From the sequence record OR258281.1: 64,000 bases of DNA; one strand, written 5' to 3'. The notes beneath the pieces are model-generated. The model saw only the letters and a list, made by a program, of their open reading frames with translations, had not been told where the DNA came from and did no database searches. Position numbers and translations under genes: made by a program. Positions 1 to 10,604 of this stretch are shown here, piece after piece (the stretch's first letter is position 1; the number at the start of each line of letters is the position of its first letter).

Positions 1-1500
1 AGATCGCCATTACAATTTTATAAAAATAGCACTTAATGTTAAGTACTAAATTATGGTTAATGGTATAATTATAATGAGATTAGTGTGTACTGGAATGTTA
101 TAAAATACGAATATTCGTTTACTAATAATTTGTAAATGTCAATCCTAAAAAATCTGGTTAGACCTCTAGAAAAAAGACGTTTCAAGGAAATTTTGAAGTA
201 CCTTTGAGTACTGGAGAAAAAGTTGGAAGAACAGTAAAAAAAATGTTGAAACATCAGGTGATAGGTGGTATAGTCTTATCACGGTGAAGGAAGAAGGGTA
301 ATTACCCTGAGCCTGGAACTGAGGTTAAACTATCAGGAAGATAGTAACCGAGCATAGACAATAAAATTACCTATGGGCTTATGGGTAACGTTAGTAGTAC
401 TATATTATGAGACTATCCCCCTTATAGTATAGTGCCTGACATTAGTAATTAAAGATTATACACAGCAGTTATTATCTGACGGTACTCATAGTACTGGTAC
501 ATTACGGCCCCTCTCTTACCTGTACTGTATCAGTACTATTGAGTGCCATCAGATACTAATTTAGCAGTATCGGTAAAGTTGCTGCGAGAGAGTTTCTTTA
601 CGTTTGTCTTTCCTCAAAGTGTATATTGGTACTCACTGTCCAGAGTACTCCAATCGCCATATTTTAGCGAGGCAAGGATGCCGCATTTTTTAAGGATGAA
701 AGTTACCCTCAGAAATTAATCCGATAGAAACAATAATCCCTTGTTATAGTACTTCATGGTTATAATTAGTTTGCTAATTGTTTTGAGAGAAATAATTCCA
801 TAGGTAATCATTAGCATCCTAATCATTTCAGGCGTGATAGTCGTACCCGCGATAATTAGCATCCTAATGATCACTTGCGTTATTACTTTTTTTGTGATAC
901 ACGGGTACGACTATACGCACCGCCGATCATGGTTAGATCGCCAGCGTTTACATTTCCGTGTAAGTTTTTAAATTACAATCATAGTACTATATCGTTTCAG
1001 AAAAATCAAATAAATTTTTCGATTGTAAAGATTGATTATTTTGTTTGACAAGATAGGTTAGAATGTAGTACTATATCACTAATCCAGCGAAATGGACTTG
1101 CCCTATAGGGTGGGTAGATCTGTCTATAGTTTGTTATATGAATTTTGGGCAGATCTACCCGCCCACGAGGGTCAAAGCGTTATCTGCCAATGACTTTATA
1201 ATACTATAGTACTTCAGGTTATGCAAGGATTATTTTGAATTGATTTAATAGTTTTTCAATGATAAGGTACTATTACGATTCATTATCCTATATAGGTTAA
1301 CGTGATGAAAAACAAATACAATCAGCCATACTTTCGCGGTATCAGTGTACTTGTTTTCCCATCAAAGAAAAGTTAATTTCAGATACTTTAGTACTGAACA
1401 TCTGTGAACGTGTAATGATCGTGGTTCGATTGTGTGGTGATTTGCATCGAAAAAATGGCCCATTTTTGTTCATGGGTAAACCCTTTGCTTTTTTGTGAAA
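1..1500. other. Non-coding region with direct and inverted repeats and convergent promoters, possibly near a genome end or terminal repeat
   Basis: No credible ORF; ATTAGCATCCTAAT at 810-823 and 855-868; 13-bp inverted repeat ATAGTCGTACCCG 837-849 / CGGGTACGACTAT 902-914. Confidence 0.6.
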
Positions 1501-1851
1501 ATCGTGTAAAAATGAGAAATTCCGGTTAAAGTGGAAAACTCATGATCTTAAGTATAGTCTTCAAGCCGTGTGAGCGTAGTTCAGGCGGCTTTTTTGTTTA
1601 TGACAGTACTAAGGTACTTTTACGGTTATCTGGTACTGTGAGTACTATAGAGGACGTACACGCGTTGTTATATGACGCATATGTAAAGTTACATAATACT
1701 GGCTATCGTGGTTTGGTGCATTTGCAGTTCTATGAGTACTATAGTTCTAAAGAGAATGTACAGTACTTTACGAGGTTCAAAAAAAGTTATCCTAGACACA
1801 TAGAAGTACTTGATCTTTAGTTTTGAGTACTATATACTAACTGGAGGATAT

Positions 1852-2097
1852 ATGCCACAAAGAATATTAAAAGGTACAGAATCTGATTTTGCTCAATTCA
1901 AACGGAAACGTTTTATTGCTATTATTACCGATGATGATGTAATGCATTTTGCGGTACGTTCATTGGATTTAGATAAGAAGCAACAAATCATTCATTGCAA
2001 TGGTGGTTCTGGTCGGTTCTTTGATGAAAGAAGTACTACAATTAGGGAATACATAGGTACTAAATTTAAAGTACTCGCATCTAGAGAATTTTATTGA
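1852..2097 (+). CDS. Hypothetical protein
   Basis: ORF; start moved to the ATG after GGAGG. Confidence 0.7.
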   Translation: MPQRILKGTESDFAQFKRKRFIAIITDDDVMHFAVRSLDLDKKQQIIHCNGGSGRFFDERSTTIREYIGTKFKVLASREFY

Positions 2098-2159
2098 TTT
2101 TTAGTACTTGGTACTGTATAGTACTTACATCGAAAGCAAACATCTATGGGGATAGAGAA

Positions 2160-2420
2160 ATGAGTAAGTCATATAGTGCAACGATGATTGTTAATGGTAC
2201 TACAGGTAAGCCAATAGCTGCTAGTGGTTCTTTCCGTAATATCAGTATTGACGGACGTTTATCGTTAGAGAATGCGAAGAACGTTGCTCGTGAAGCCTTT
2301 AAGAAAGAAGGCGAATATATGGGATTTGCGATTGAACGTACTGAAAAGTTTGTTGAATACAAAAATCCCGTAATGGTTGATACAGTACTAAAGAGTACTG
2401 ACGTTGCTTTCTTGTTTTAA
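2160..2420 (+). CDS. Hypothetical early protein
   Basis: GGGGATAGAGAAATG RBS; start corrected. Confidence 0.75.
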   Translation: MSKSYSATMIVNGTTGKPIAASGSFRNISIDGRLSLENAKNVAREAFKKEGEYMGFAIERTEKFVEYKNPVMVDTVLKSTDVAFLF

Positions 2421-2502
2421 AGTACTAATTAAAAGTACCTTGCATAAGTTATCAGGGTACTTTATAATTAGCACAACAACAAACATCTATGGGGATAGAG
2501 AA

Positions 2503-2988
2503 ATGACAAACGTTAATGTAAGTACTGGTATTTCATACGGCGTTATTAATGCTAATGTTATTGATGGAGATGTTTTACATAACATTTCTTTTGGTTCAAA
2601 CAGTATCGATATTACGATGTTAAGTCTTCGGATTGATCACGCACAAAGTCAGGAAGATATTAATTTTGTACTTCCTGTAATTTCATTAAGTGAAAGTGCT
2701 AACCGCTTTTACAATCGCGTGCAGGAAGCATTAGACGCTACCAGCATTGATTGGGATTCTTTCTACACTGAGCATGAAGAGATTAACAGCGATGTATACA
2801 GTGCGATTGTTGACGGTTGTGAAGTACTTTATAGTACTGATAGCAATACAATCACTGTGATCGATTCACCGTACACGGATAAATTTGCACGTTGTTCTCC
2901 TTGCTATCCTGGTGCCGGGGATCTGAATACCCGCGACAATGATGGCATTAATACTTACACTGTACCTAGCGATTGGATTGTAGCATGA
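2503..2988 (+). CDS. Hypothetical early protein with a RCSPCYPGAGDL Cys motif
   Basis: Cassette promoter and RBS; start corrected. Confidence 0.8.
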   Translation: MTNVNVSTGISYGVINANVIDGDVLHNISFGSNSIDITMLSLRIDHAQSQEDINFVLPVISLSESANRFYNRVQEALDATSIDWDSFYTEHEEINSDVYSAIVDGCEVLYSTDSNTITVIDSPYTDKFARCSPCYPGAGDLNTRDNDGINTYTVPSDWIVA

Positions 2989-3353
2989 AAGTGCGGATAG
3001 CCATTAAGTCAGGTAGTACTTTCCAGTACTGTGAAGGTTCAGTGTTGGAAAGTAATTTTCCACGGGTACTAAAAGAATTGTACTATAATGATAGTTTCCT
3101 TTCTTTACGGAAATTGATTGCTGGTGGTTCTTTTCAGGTACATGGTGAAGTACTTAAACGTGTTAAATCACCGGTTAAGTCTTGCAGTACCTGGGAAGGA
3201 TTAACAAAAGATTGCGTAGTACTTTTCTTTGATACTAACATAAATTACCTGTACTTTTCGCCATATAGCATGTATAGTAATGGTGTACGACAGAAAACGA
3301 AGATTAGTACTAAACATTCTGATTCTTTCAATAACGCGTTACTTTGTGCATAG
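2985..3353 (+). CDS. Hypothetical protein
   Basis: ATGA overlap with the upstream stop. Confidence 0.7.
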   Translation: MKVRIAIKSGSTFQYCEGSVLESNFPRVLKELYYNDSFLSLRKLIAGGSFQVHGEVLKRVKSPVKSCSTWEGLTKDCVVLFFDTNINYLYFSPYSMYSNGVRQKTKISTKHSDSFNNALLCA

Positions 3354-3362
3354 GCGGTTTAT

Positions 3363-3557
3363 ATGGTTATGGAATTGATTGGCCTGTACTTCCTGATTGG
3401 GTTCTTTGTTAGTCCAGTAGTGTACCGTATGGATCAGGTATGTGCTTCTGATTGCGGCCCGTTAACTGATATGTTGATTGCGGTTATTGTCTGGCCTTTC
3501 TTTTGGGTACTGGTAGTATATAACGTACTGACGGACAAGCCTGATAATTCATTCTAA
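3363..3557 (+). CDS. Small membrane protein
   Basis: Two hydrophobic segments. Confidence 0.65.
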   Translation: MVMELIGLYFLIGFFVSPVVYRMDQVCASDCGPLTDMLIAVIVWPFFWVLVVYNVLTDKPDNSF

Positions 3558-3832
3558 TTAGTACTTGAGGCGTTTTCTGATATGGTATTGTTTCAGTACT
3601 ATATCGGAAGACGCCTTTTATTGTTATTGCGAATGCTTCTCATTTACACTTATAGACACATATACACGCCCCTCGGGGACAGGTTTAATATAGCATTCTG
3701 AAGTACTTAACGCAAGGAAAAGAAATAGTATTTTAATTAGTATTAGTACTTAAAAAGTACTTAAAAAGTACTTGCAAAGTATTAGGTACTATAGTACTAT
3801 TATTACATCGAAACGAACGAGGGGATAGAGAA

Positions 3833-4105
3833 ATGTGGCAGATTATTAAAGTACAGGGTACAGTAGGTAAAGCGGTAAACATGGCGGTTCACAGTACTGA
3901 TAAATTACTTAATCATGTAATCCTTCAGAATCATCTTTCAAAGGATTTTGGTAATTTTGTAACTATCGAGTACTTAGAAACAGTTGAAGTACCAGATTTT
4001 AAACTTAACCACAAGGTTGAGCGTGTAATTGCTTTGGATGATATTAAAGCAAGATTTGTAGAAGATACTACTTCATTTGAAGATGATAATAGCGAAGGTA
4101 ATTAA
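3833..4105 (+). CDS. Hypothetical early protein
   Basis: Own promoter and RBS. Confidence 0.75.
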   Translation: MWQIIKVQGTVGKAVNMAVHSTDKLLNHVILQNHLSKDFGNFVTIEYLETVEVPDFKLNHKVERVIALDDIKARFVEDTTSFEDDNSEGN

Positions 4106-4187
4106 GTACTAAAAGTATATTAAAAGTACCTTGCAATATATCTTAGGGTACTTTATAATGTACTTATACCAACAAGGGGATAGAGAA

Positions 4188-4472
4188 ATGACAAATACTA
4201 CTGAAAACCGTAAATTCTACGTGTTGAAAATCAGCGAAAATATTGGTGAGTACGAAGCCAATTCTAAAATACTGGTACAAGTGAAGCCGGATGATCTGGA
4301 TCAATACGTTGAAGATCTTCTGAAAGATTCATGGCGTGGTGAAGCCGACTATAACGAAGAAGATCAAGTTTTTGAAAATGGCGAAGTTTCCTGGTACTTA
4401 ACTGAAGCGATTGAAGTAAAAGACGATGTAGCACAGTACTTAATCCAAATGAATATCTTAAATCTGTTGTAA
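4188..4472 (+). CDS. Hypothetical acidic early protein
   Basis: Cassette promoter and RBS; start corrected. Confidence 0.8.
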   Translation: MTNTTENRKFYVLKISENIGEYEANSKILVQVKPDDLDQYVEDLLKDSWRGEADYNEEDQVFENGEVSWYLTEAIEVKDDVAQYLIQMNILNLL

Positions 4473-4554
4473 GTACTAAGTACTATTAAAAGTATCTTGC
4501 TTAATTAAGTAGGGTACTTTATAATGGTACTTATACAAACAAGGGGATAGAGAA

Positions 4555-4746
4555 ATGACCATTCATTTAATTGCTGTTATTGATTCTAATGGTGCTGGTG
4601 CTCTGGTAACGTTTGAGTCTTCTTCAAGTGATTATGAGGAAGTACAGGAACAATTAGAAAACTGGTTATCAGATGAAGGATATGATAGTACTTATATCAT
4701 CATTGATGATATTCAAAGCTCTAAGCGGGTAGTCAACGGTTTATAA
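4555..4746 (+). CDS. Hypothetical acidic early protein
   Basis: Cassette promoter and RBS. Confidence 0.8.
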   Translation: MTIHLIAVIDSNGAGALVTFESSSSDYEEVQEQLENWLSDEGYDSTYIIIDDIQSSKRVVNGL

Positions 4747-4822
4747 AGTACTATTAAAAGTATCTTGCAATATAATGTAGGGTACTTTATAATGGTACTT
4801 ATACAAACAAGGGGATATAGAA

Positions 4823-4948
4823 ATGGTTGATATTGAAAAAGTACGTGAAGTTATGGAACTACTGCGTGATCAGGGTTTTGTTAATGCTGATGATGATGAA
4901 GAGTTAGATACAGTAACAGAACTTGCATTTAACGCTTTCAATGATTAA
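4823..4948 (+). CDS. 41-aa acidic early protein (not in the ORF track)
   Basis: MVDIEKVREVMELLRDQGFVNADDDEELDTVTELAFNAFND, lying between two cassette promoters with an RBS. Confidence 0.75.
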   Translation: MVDIEKVREVMELLRDQGFVNADDDEELDTVTELAFNAFND

Positions 4949-5032
4949 GTACTGAAGTACTATTAAAAGTATCTTGCAATATATTGTAGGGTACTTTATA
5001 ATGGTACTTAACGAATCAACGGGGATATAAAA

Positions 5033-5269
5033 ATGGGTTCATATCGTATTACTAACAAAGATATCAATGAGAAGATTGATATCTTAAACGAGATGTTTAA
5101 GAATCGCGGCGTTGAGATTGTATTCAAAAATTCACCGCGTAATGATTATGCAGCGGTTGATTACCGTAAAGGTGAAGACAATCTGAATTTCATTTCCGGC
5201 GTTAGTAATCGCGAATGTTACAATATGTTAGAATGTGCGATTTCCGCGATTCACTTGCTAAGTGATTAA
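5033..5269 (+). CDS. Hypothetical early protein
   Basis: Cassette promoter and RBS. Confidence 0.8.
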   Translation: MGSYRITNKDINEKIDILNEMFKNRGVEIVFKNSPRNDYAAVDYRKGEDNLNFISGVSNRECYNMLECAISAIHLLSD

Positions 5270-5361
5270 GTACTTCAGTACTGAAGTATTATTAAAAGTA
5301 CCTTGCAATATATTGTAGGGTACTTTATAATGATACTTACCTTAACAAAGGGGATAGATAA

Positions 5362-5661
5362 ATGCAAGTTAACCTTCATGCCACCAGCTTTCGACTGCGT
5401 GATGATACTGAATCACTAAAAGAAACTGTCGGGCTTGTAAAGTTCCTGGAAGACCATAAAGTACCATTTACCCGGTATACTACGCCTAAAACCTTACAGA
5501 GTGGTATTACCTTCCCTGAAGAAAAGCGGGTACAGTGGCACGAAAACGATCGGGCTGTAGAAATTCCATGCAGTACTATTGAAGAGTTACAAAAGTACTG
5601 TAAAGATTATGATTGTACTTTTATAGTACATGACGAATACATACAAGTTACTTTCCCGTAA
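5362..5661 (+). CDS. Hypothetical early protein
   Basis: Cassette promoter and RBS. Confidence 0.8.
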   Translation: MQVNLHATSFRLRDDTESLKETVGLVKFLEDHKVPFTRYTTPKTLQSGITFPEEKRVQWHENDRAVEIPCSTIEELQKYCKDYDCTFIVHDEYIQVTFP

Positions 5662-5729
5662 TTATTAAAAGTACCTTGCAATTATTATCAGGGTACTTTA
5701 TAATACTTACATATTGAAAGGGGGATAAT

Positions 5730-6101
5730 ATGTATCAGAACATTGAAGTACTTAACACTAAAGAACGCCGGGAAGAAATTGAAAAGTTAGGCAAGATGGC
5801 ACTTGAGACTAATCTTAAGCACAGTACCATTACCCGCTTTTACAAACCTGGTGATGTACGTCATTATGACTTTGATAAGCTGACGCCGGATCTGATTGGC
5901 AAAGTAGTACGCATTGAGTACTACAGTACTGGCAACAATCCCGAAACTGGTATCTGGTCAGGTTGTTATCGTGAGATAATTGGTACTGTAACATACCTGA
6001 CGCCGGGTGTAATTACTAATGTTGGTTATCTGGTACTGGATGGCAATAAGTGTATAAGTGCACATTCAGGCCACGACTTTACACTTGAGGTACTACAATG
6101 A
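5730..6101 (+). CDS. Hypothetical early protein
   Basis: Cassette promoter and RBS. Confidence 0.8.
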   Translation: MYQNIEVLNTKERREEIEKLGKMALETNLKHSTITRFYKPGDVRHYDFDKLTPDLIGKVVRIEYYSTGNNPETGIWSGCYREIIGTVTYLTPGVITNVGYLVLDGNKCISAHSGHDFTLEVLQ

Positions 6102-6328
6102 TCCTGACTCAACACAAAGTAGCAGTAGCCTTGCATAGTATCAGTACTGTTATGCTTAAGTACAGTATTTGTGCTATGGCTGCGGCCTGCGATGGATATA
6201 CGGATAAGCGTATTGAAATCATGATGCAAAATGGTATCAGTGCAGAAGACGCTATTATCCTTGAACGGTTAGAACCGGGTGAGCTGGTGGAATTTGACCT
6301 GGGTAGTGATGCCATAACTTATAATTAG
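6098..6328 (+). CDS. Hypothetical protein
   Basis: ATGA overlap; terminator follows. Confidence 0.7.
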   Translation: MILTQHKVAVALHSISTVMLKYSICAMAAACDGYTDKRIEIMMQNGISAEDAIILERLEPGELVEFDLGSDAITYN

Positions 6329-6337
6329 TACTAAAAT

Positions 6338-6365
6338 AAGCCTTGACTAGTTCAGGGCTTTTTGT
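6338..6365 (+). terminator. Intrinsic terminator overlapping a sigma70 promoter (TTGACT 6343 - 17 bp - TATCTT 6366)
   Basis: AAGCCTTGA-CTAGT-TCAGGGCTT followed by a T-run. Confidence 0.7.
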
Positions 6366-6568
6366 TATCTTAATACCGTCCCCGAGGGGCCGGGAAATGT
6401 AAGTACTTAATGAAATGATAATCATTCGCATTAGCAATCGATTCTAAGCGTGTATCTATATAGAGGGAATGCAACGGGTCGGGTTTAGTACTAAAACGCT
6501 TTATAATGCTTCTGGTGCATTATAAATAGGATTAGTGATTTAGTACTAAACCAAAGGAAGTTTTTATA

Positions 6569-6811
6569 ATGATTAAGCATACAGACATTAACGCAATTCA
6601 GAAATGGCAGGCAGTACCATTTAGCCAGCTAGGTCAACTACTACAGTCAGAAGGTTTTCGATTTGCAAAGGCATTCAGTACTGATGAGATCAGGATCTTC
6701 AAGTCTGACGATAACAAGTACACGATAGTTTTTAACGGTCAGTTGGCTAAGGTGTATCAAGCAGGAAATATGAGACAGTACATTCATATGTTCAGTGTAG
6801 TAAAAGGATAA
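6569..6811 (+). CDS. Hypothetical protein
   Basis: ORF with AAGGA RBS; terminator at about 6813-6836. Confidence 0.75.
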   Translation: MIKHTDINAIQKWQAVPFSQLGQLLQSEGFRFAKAFSTDEIRIFKSDDNKYTIVFNGQLAKVYQAGNMRQYIHMFSVVKG

Positions 6812-7203
6812 GGAAGCCATTGGCTTCCTTTTTTTGTTTGTATTTTATGGGTTTAGTACAAGTACTAATATTTCTCTAAAAAGATGCAAAAAGTACTTGC
6901 ACTAATTTTTCCAGTACTGTAGTATTAACTCCATCGAAGGGCGAGACGGAAACGAATCAAACTAAGATGAAGTTCAAAGGGTTCTGAAAGATGCCTTCTT
7001 ACAAAGACTGCAACTGATTCTCCTTTAGACTTCCTGATGATTGAATACTAAAAATTCAGTCCTTCAGAAAAAGATTTAAAAAGATTTAAAAAGTACTTGC
7101 AGAGTTAGTCGAAACGATGTAAAGTACTATTCAAGCAGTAAGAAACACCAAAAAACAAAAAAACCTTTATACACAAAATACACTGAAAATTGAGGATTAA
7201 AAT

Positions 7204-7950
7204 ATGACAACTTCTACTAAAGCAAACAACAAACCTTCTTCTAAAGCTGGCAACACTAACAAAACGCCTGATAACAACCTGGCGAAAAACACCAACGCGA
7301 AAACCGCTGGTGCGAACAAAGAAGGTACTGAAACCAGCACTGATACCGCTGAAGCTACTCCAGCCGCTGAAGAAGGTTCAAACGCTGAAGGTACTGATAC
7401 CCCGGCGACTGAAGAACAGAAAGCCCAGGCTAAACGTGTAACTCTGATGAGTGCACTGGAAAGCGGCGATGCTCTGGCGGTGGCTGAAGTACTGATTAAA
7501 CAGGGCCGCACTCAGGAGCAGATCGCTTCCTTCGCTGAAACTTTCGGTCAGGCTACTAAATCCTTCGCTGAAGTAGTTGCTAAACAGGAAGCAGAAGCAA
7601 AACAGCGTGCTGCTGAGAAAGAGAAAGCGGATCGTGAACTGGAAGAAGAACGCCAGAAAGCACAGGAAATCGTTGAAGCTGGTAAAAAGGCCGCGATTGA
7701 AGAAATGATTAAAAAGCTGGAAAGTACTGGTATCAAACCAGAAATGGCGGTACAGATTGCAAACAGTACTTTCGGTGGCGGTGCACGTTCAGGCGGTGCA
7801 GCACCAAAAGCAACAGTCCGTGTTAAGTACAAAGATGATCTGTACACTGTTAAAGTAACTGGTAACGACAAAGAAGCAATTAAGAAAATGATTGCTGAAT
7901 CAGGTCTGAGCCGTGCTGACTTCATCAAACAGTACCAGATTTCTGAATAA
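7204..7950 (+). CDS. H-NS-like protein with a low-complexity N-terminal extension
   Basis: Coiled coil, then EEMIKKLESTGIKPE and C-terminal VTGNDKEAIKKMIAESGLSRADFI, resembling H-NS EMLIADGIDPNE and [25 protein letters not shown]. Confidence 0.5.
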   Translation: MTTSTKANNKPSSKAGNTNKTPDNNLAKNTNAKTAGANKEGTETSTDTAEATPAAEEGSNAEGTDTPATEEQKAQAKRVTLMSALESGDALAVAEVLIKQGRTQEQIASFAETFGQATKSFAEVVAKQEAEAKQRAAEKEKADRELEEERQKAQEIVEAGKKAAIEEMIKKLESTGIKPEMAVQIANSTFGGGARSGGAAPKATVRVKYKDDLYTVKVTGNDKEAIKKMIAESGLSRADFIKQYQISE

Positions 7951-8046
7951 GATGTAACGGGGCGGTATACGCCCCATTCTAAGAGGCTTTTGCAAAGTAC
8001 TAGTACAGTTGGATAGTGTTTTATAAAAGTCTCTTAAAATGAACTA

Positions 8047-8075
8047 CAGGACACTCAATTGAGTGTCTTTTTTTT
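8047..8075 (+). terminator. Intrinsic terminator
   Basis: GGACACTC-AATT-GAGTGTCT followed by a T-run. Confidence 0.8.
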
Positions 8076-8169
8076 GTTTGTATCTTTTGATTAAGTACTA
8101 AAATAAATTTGCACTATATCTAGGAATGTATTATAATTACCTTAAGTTAATCAATGGGGGATTACGAAC

Positions 8170-8361
8170 ATGTTCTATCGGGTAGAAGAATACAACAACG
8201 ATGGTTATCTTGACTTGCTGGTTATCACTGAGAAGTCAAAAGCTGAAGTACAGGCAAAGTACCCGGAGGCAAAAGTTAAACTTGTTTCCGACGCGGATAG
8301 CATTGAAACCTGGGACATTGCTGATATGGAAAGCATTACTAAGATTGAGGTACTTAAATGA
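8170..8361 (+). CDS. Hypothetical early protein
   Basis: Promoter and GGGGAT RBS. Confidence 0.75.
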   Translation: MFYRVEEYNNDGYLDLLVITEKSKAEVQAKYPEAKVKLVSDADSIETWDIADMESITKIEVLK

Positions 8362-8753
8362 ATACTGTATTTCAAAGTTTAATGCGTGATGTACTGGCGA
8401 CTTTCGCTGACGTTGTAGTACTGATGCCGCCAAAATCAAGCCTGGATGCGGAGATCGCAATGATCCGCAAACGGATGAAAGAAAGCAAGTTACAGAAGCG
8501 GGAAGCCTTTGCAATTGATGAACTTATCAAAGCACACTATAAATTTACAGGTACATTACATTTAGTACTTGCATATAAGTTTAATGGTGAGCTATACTAT
8601 TCAGGAAATAAGCCGGTTCCATTTATGAAAAGTACTAAGGTACTTCATGATATGAATATGCTTACTCAAACTGACTGGAATAACCTGGAGCGTTATGTAG
8701 TATGGATCAAGTCCGGGCAGATTTACGATAAGGTACATTCAATTAATCACTGA
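8358..8753 (+). CDS. Hypothetical protein
   Basis: ATGA overlap. Confidence 0.75.
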   Translation: MNTVFQSLMRDVLATFADVVVLMPPKSSLDAEIAMIRKRMKESKLQKREAFAIDELIKAHYKFTGTLHLVLAYKFNGELYYSGNKPVPFMKSTKVLHDMNMLTQTDWNNLERYVVWIKSGQIYDKVHSINH

Positions 8754-8829
8754 GTACTATTAAAAGCGTCTTGCTTTATATTGTAGGATGCTTTATAATG
8801 TACTTAATGAATCGACGGGGATAGAGAAA

Positions 8830-9147
8830 ATGTTAGGTACTCCACACAACAAAGCATACAAATACAACTACTTTTTCATTGATAGCTTAGGCGTTCAGTG
8901 CCGGGTTGAAAAGGTTATCTGTTTAGTACCAGGTGCACCAAATATTCATAAGATGATCATTCAGTGGAACCATGCCGCTAAAAAAGGCAACTACTACGAA
9001 TTGATCGGGGAAATACCAGTTAAGGAAGCACTTTTACTGAAAAGTACATCTGGAAGTACTATCCGCGATAACTGGAAATTCCTGGGTAATTTACTGTTTC
9101 ACAGTATCGAACTTTCTTTTAATAAAGTACTACCTAAACTTGCATAA
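8830..9147 (+). CDS. Hypothetical early protein
   Basis: Variant cassette promoter; start corrected. Confidence 0.75.
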   Translation: MLGTPHNKAYKYNYFFIDSLGVQCRVEKVICLVPGAPNIHKMIIQWNHAAKKGNYYELIGEIPVKEALLLKSTSGSTIRDNWKFLGNLLFHSIELSFNKVLPKLA

Positions 9148-9158
9148 GGTAATATATA

Positions 9159-9380
9159 ATGTTAAACTTATCTTGTGGTGCAAGAGTTAAATTTTCCGGT
9201 ACTTTACCTGGCGGATATGAAATTGAAGGTACTGGAGTTGTAAAGACACAAATCGATGATCATTGTAGTGTTTACATCGGTACTATTAAAGTAAATGGCG
9301 AGGATGTTACTAAAAAGTACAGTGCGGAAATTTCCTACCTTATACCCATAGGAATAATTAAGTCAAGTACCCCGGCATAG
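9159..9380 (+). CDS. Hypothetical protein
   Basis: ORF; terminator follows. Confidence 0.7.
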   Translation: MLNLSCGARVKFSGTLPGGYEIEGTGVVKTQIDDHCSVYIGTIKVNGEDVTKKYSAEISYLIPIGIIKSSTPA

Positions 9381-9576
9381 GCTGGGGATTTTTTTTGAGT
9401 ACTTTTAAATTCTCAGGACAGATCTACCCGCCCCTCGGGGTCAGTATTAGAATAGCAAACCAGGTACTTAAAAGCAAGGAAAAGAAATAGTTTATTTCGG
9501 TACTTAATACTATATAGTACTTGCAATGTAATTAGTATTGTAGTACTATTATTGTATTGAAACGAAGGGGGATTGT

Positions 9577-9798
9577 ATGCCGAAGTCATTTAACGCGAGA
9601 AGTAAAGAAAGTACTGGATTACTCTTTATTGATTCAGAAGTATATAACAAAGAGTTTCCTGCTGGTACTACATTAGCAGAGATCAAATCTGCGATGGATA
9701 TTAAAGGGGAAGTATTCATTAAATCCCGGTATGCTAATTCCGTAGAGTACAAATTGAAAGGAAGTACTTACACTTTCACTGTAAAGTTTTTATTCTGA
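9577..9798 (+). CDS. Hypothetical early protein
   Basis: Promoter and RBS. Confidence 0.75.
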   Translation: MPKSFNARSKESTGLLFIDSEVYNKEFPAGTTLAEIKSAMDIKGEVFIKSRYANSVEYKLKGSTYTFTVKFLF

Positions 9799-9874
9799 AT
9801 ACATTAAAAGTACCTTGCAAATAGTATCAGGGTACTTTATAATGTACTTACAGTAAACAAAGGGGATAGAGAAA

Positions 9875-10060
9875 ATGGCTAAATGTACTATTTGTGGTAA
9901 AGAGATTGCACTGAATCCAAGTGCTAAAGAACGTGCGGAAAAGTTCGGTGGAAAGCCGTCTGATTACACTAAGCTGTTTACTACTCACGCGGCATGTTCA
10001 TTACAGAAGCGTTCAGAAGAAAGTACTGAACTTATGCGTAAGCTGGCTGGTGGACAATGA
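9875..10060 (+). CDS. Small protein with CxxC and HxxC motifs (possible Zn binding)
   Basis: MAKCTICGK...THAAC; cassette promoter. Confidence 0.75.
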   Translation: MAKCTICGKEIALNPSAKERAEKFGGKPSDYTKLFTTHAACSLQKRSEESTELMRKLAGGQ

Positions 10061-10242
10061 AACTTTCAAAGCTGAAAGCACTGGTACAGAAACTTGAAGA
10101 TGATAGTACCGGTACTGATCCAGAAGTTTTCTTGTACTCAATTCATGCTCAAGATATACAGTTTGACATCTTAGAAAATGCTGAAAGATTGAGTGCACGA
10201 CAAATGTGTTTTGATGGTAGTTATCACTTACCTATTGAATAA
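10057..10242 (+). CDS. Hypothetical protein, paralog of 10605-10805
   Basis: MKLSKLKALVQKLEDDSTGTD vs MKLSKLKEIVRQLEEESKGTD. Confidence 0.8.
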   Translation: MKLSKLKALVQKLEDDSTGTDPEVFLYSIHAQDIQFDILENAERLSARQMCFDGSYHLPIE

Positions 10243-10313
10243 GTTTATTAAAAGTACTTGCAATATATCAGCGAGTACTTTATAATGTACTTATTGAAAC
10301 GGGGGAATAGATT

Positions 10314-10505
10314 ATGAAACGTTATATCAATGCAAAATCAGGATCAGTAACTGAAACAATCGAAGAACTGGATAGTAAAGATTTCGCAAGTATGAATGAT
10401 TTTAAAAATACCTTAGCTACTCGGGTCGGTTCGCATCGAATGACATTAAAATCATTTAAAGTATATGTTTCTTCTCGTTGTGATAAATCATGGACGGGCA
10501 ACTAA
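10314..10505 (+). CDS. Hypothetical early protein
   Basis: Cassette promoter and RBS. Confidence 0.75.
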   Translation: MKRYINAKSGSVTETIEELDSKDFASMNDFKNTLATRVGSHRMTLKSFKVYVSSRCDKSWTGN

Positions 10506-10604
10506 TCACAAAACGGCGATATTACTGTTTAAGTACAATAAAAGTACTTGTATTAATTAAACGAGTACTTTATAATGTACTTATACCAACAAGGGGATAG
10601 AGAA

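Noticed and set aside
1542-1820. 92-aa ORF as a confident CDS
   Set aside because: It contains a terminator-like hairpin with a T-run near 1563-1598 and has a weak RBS; left uncalled.
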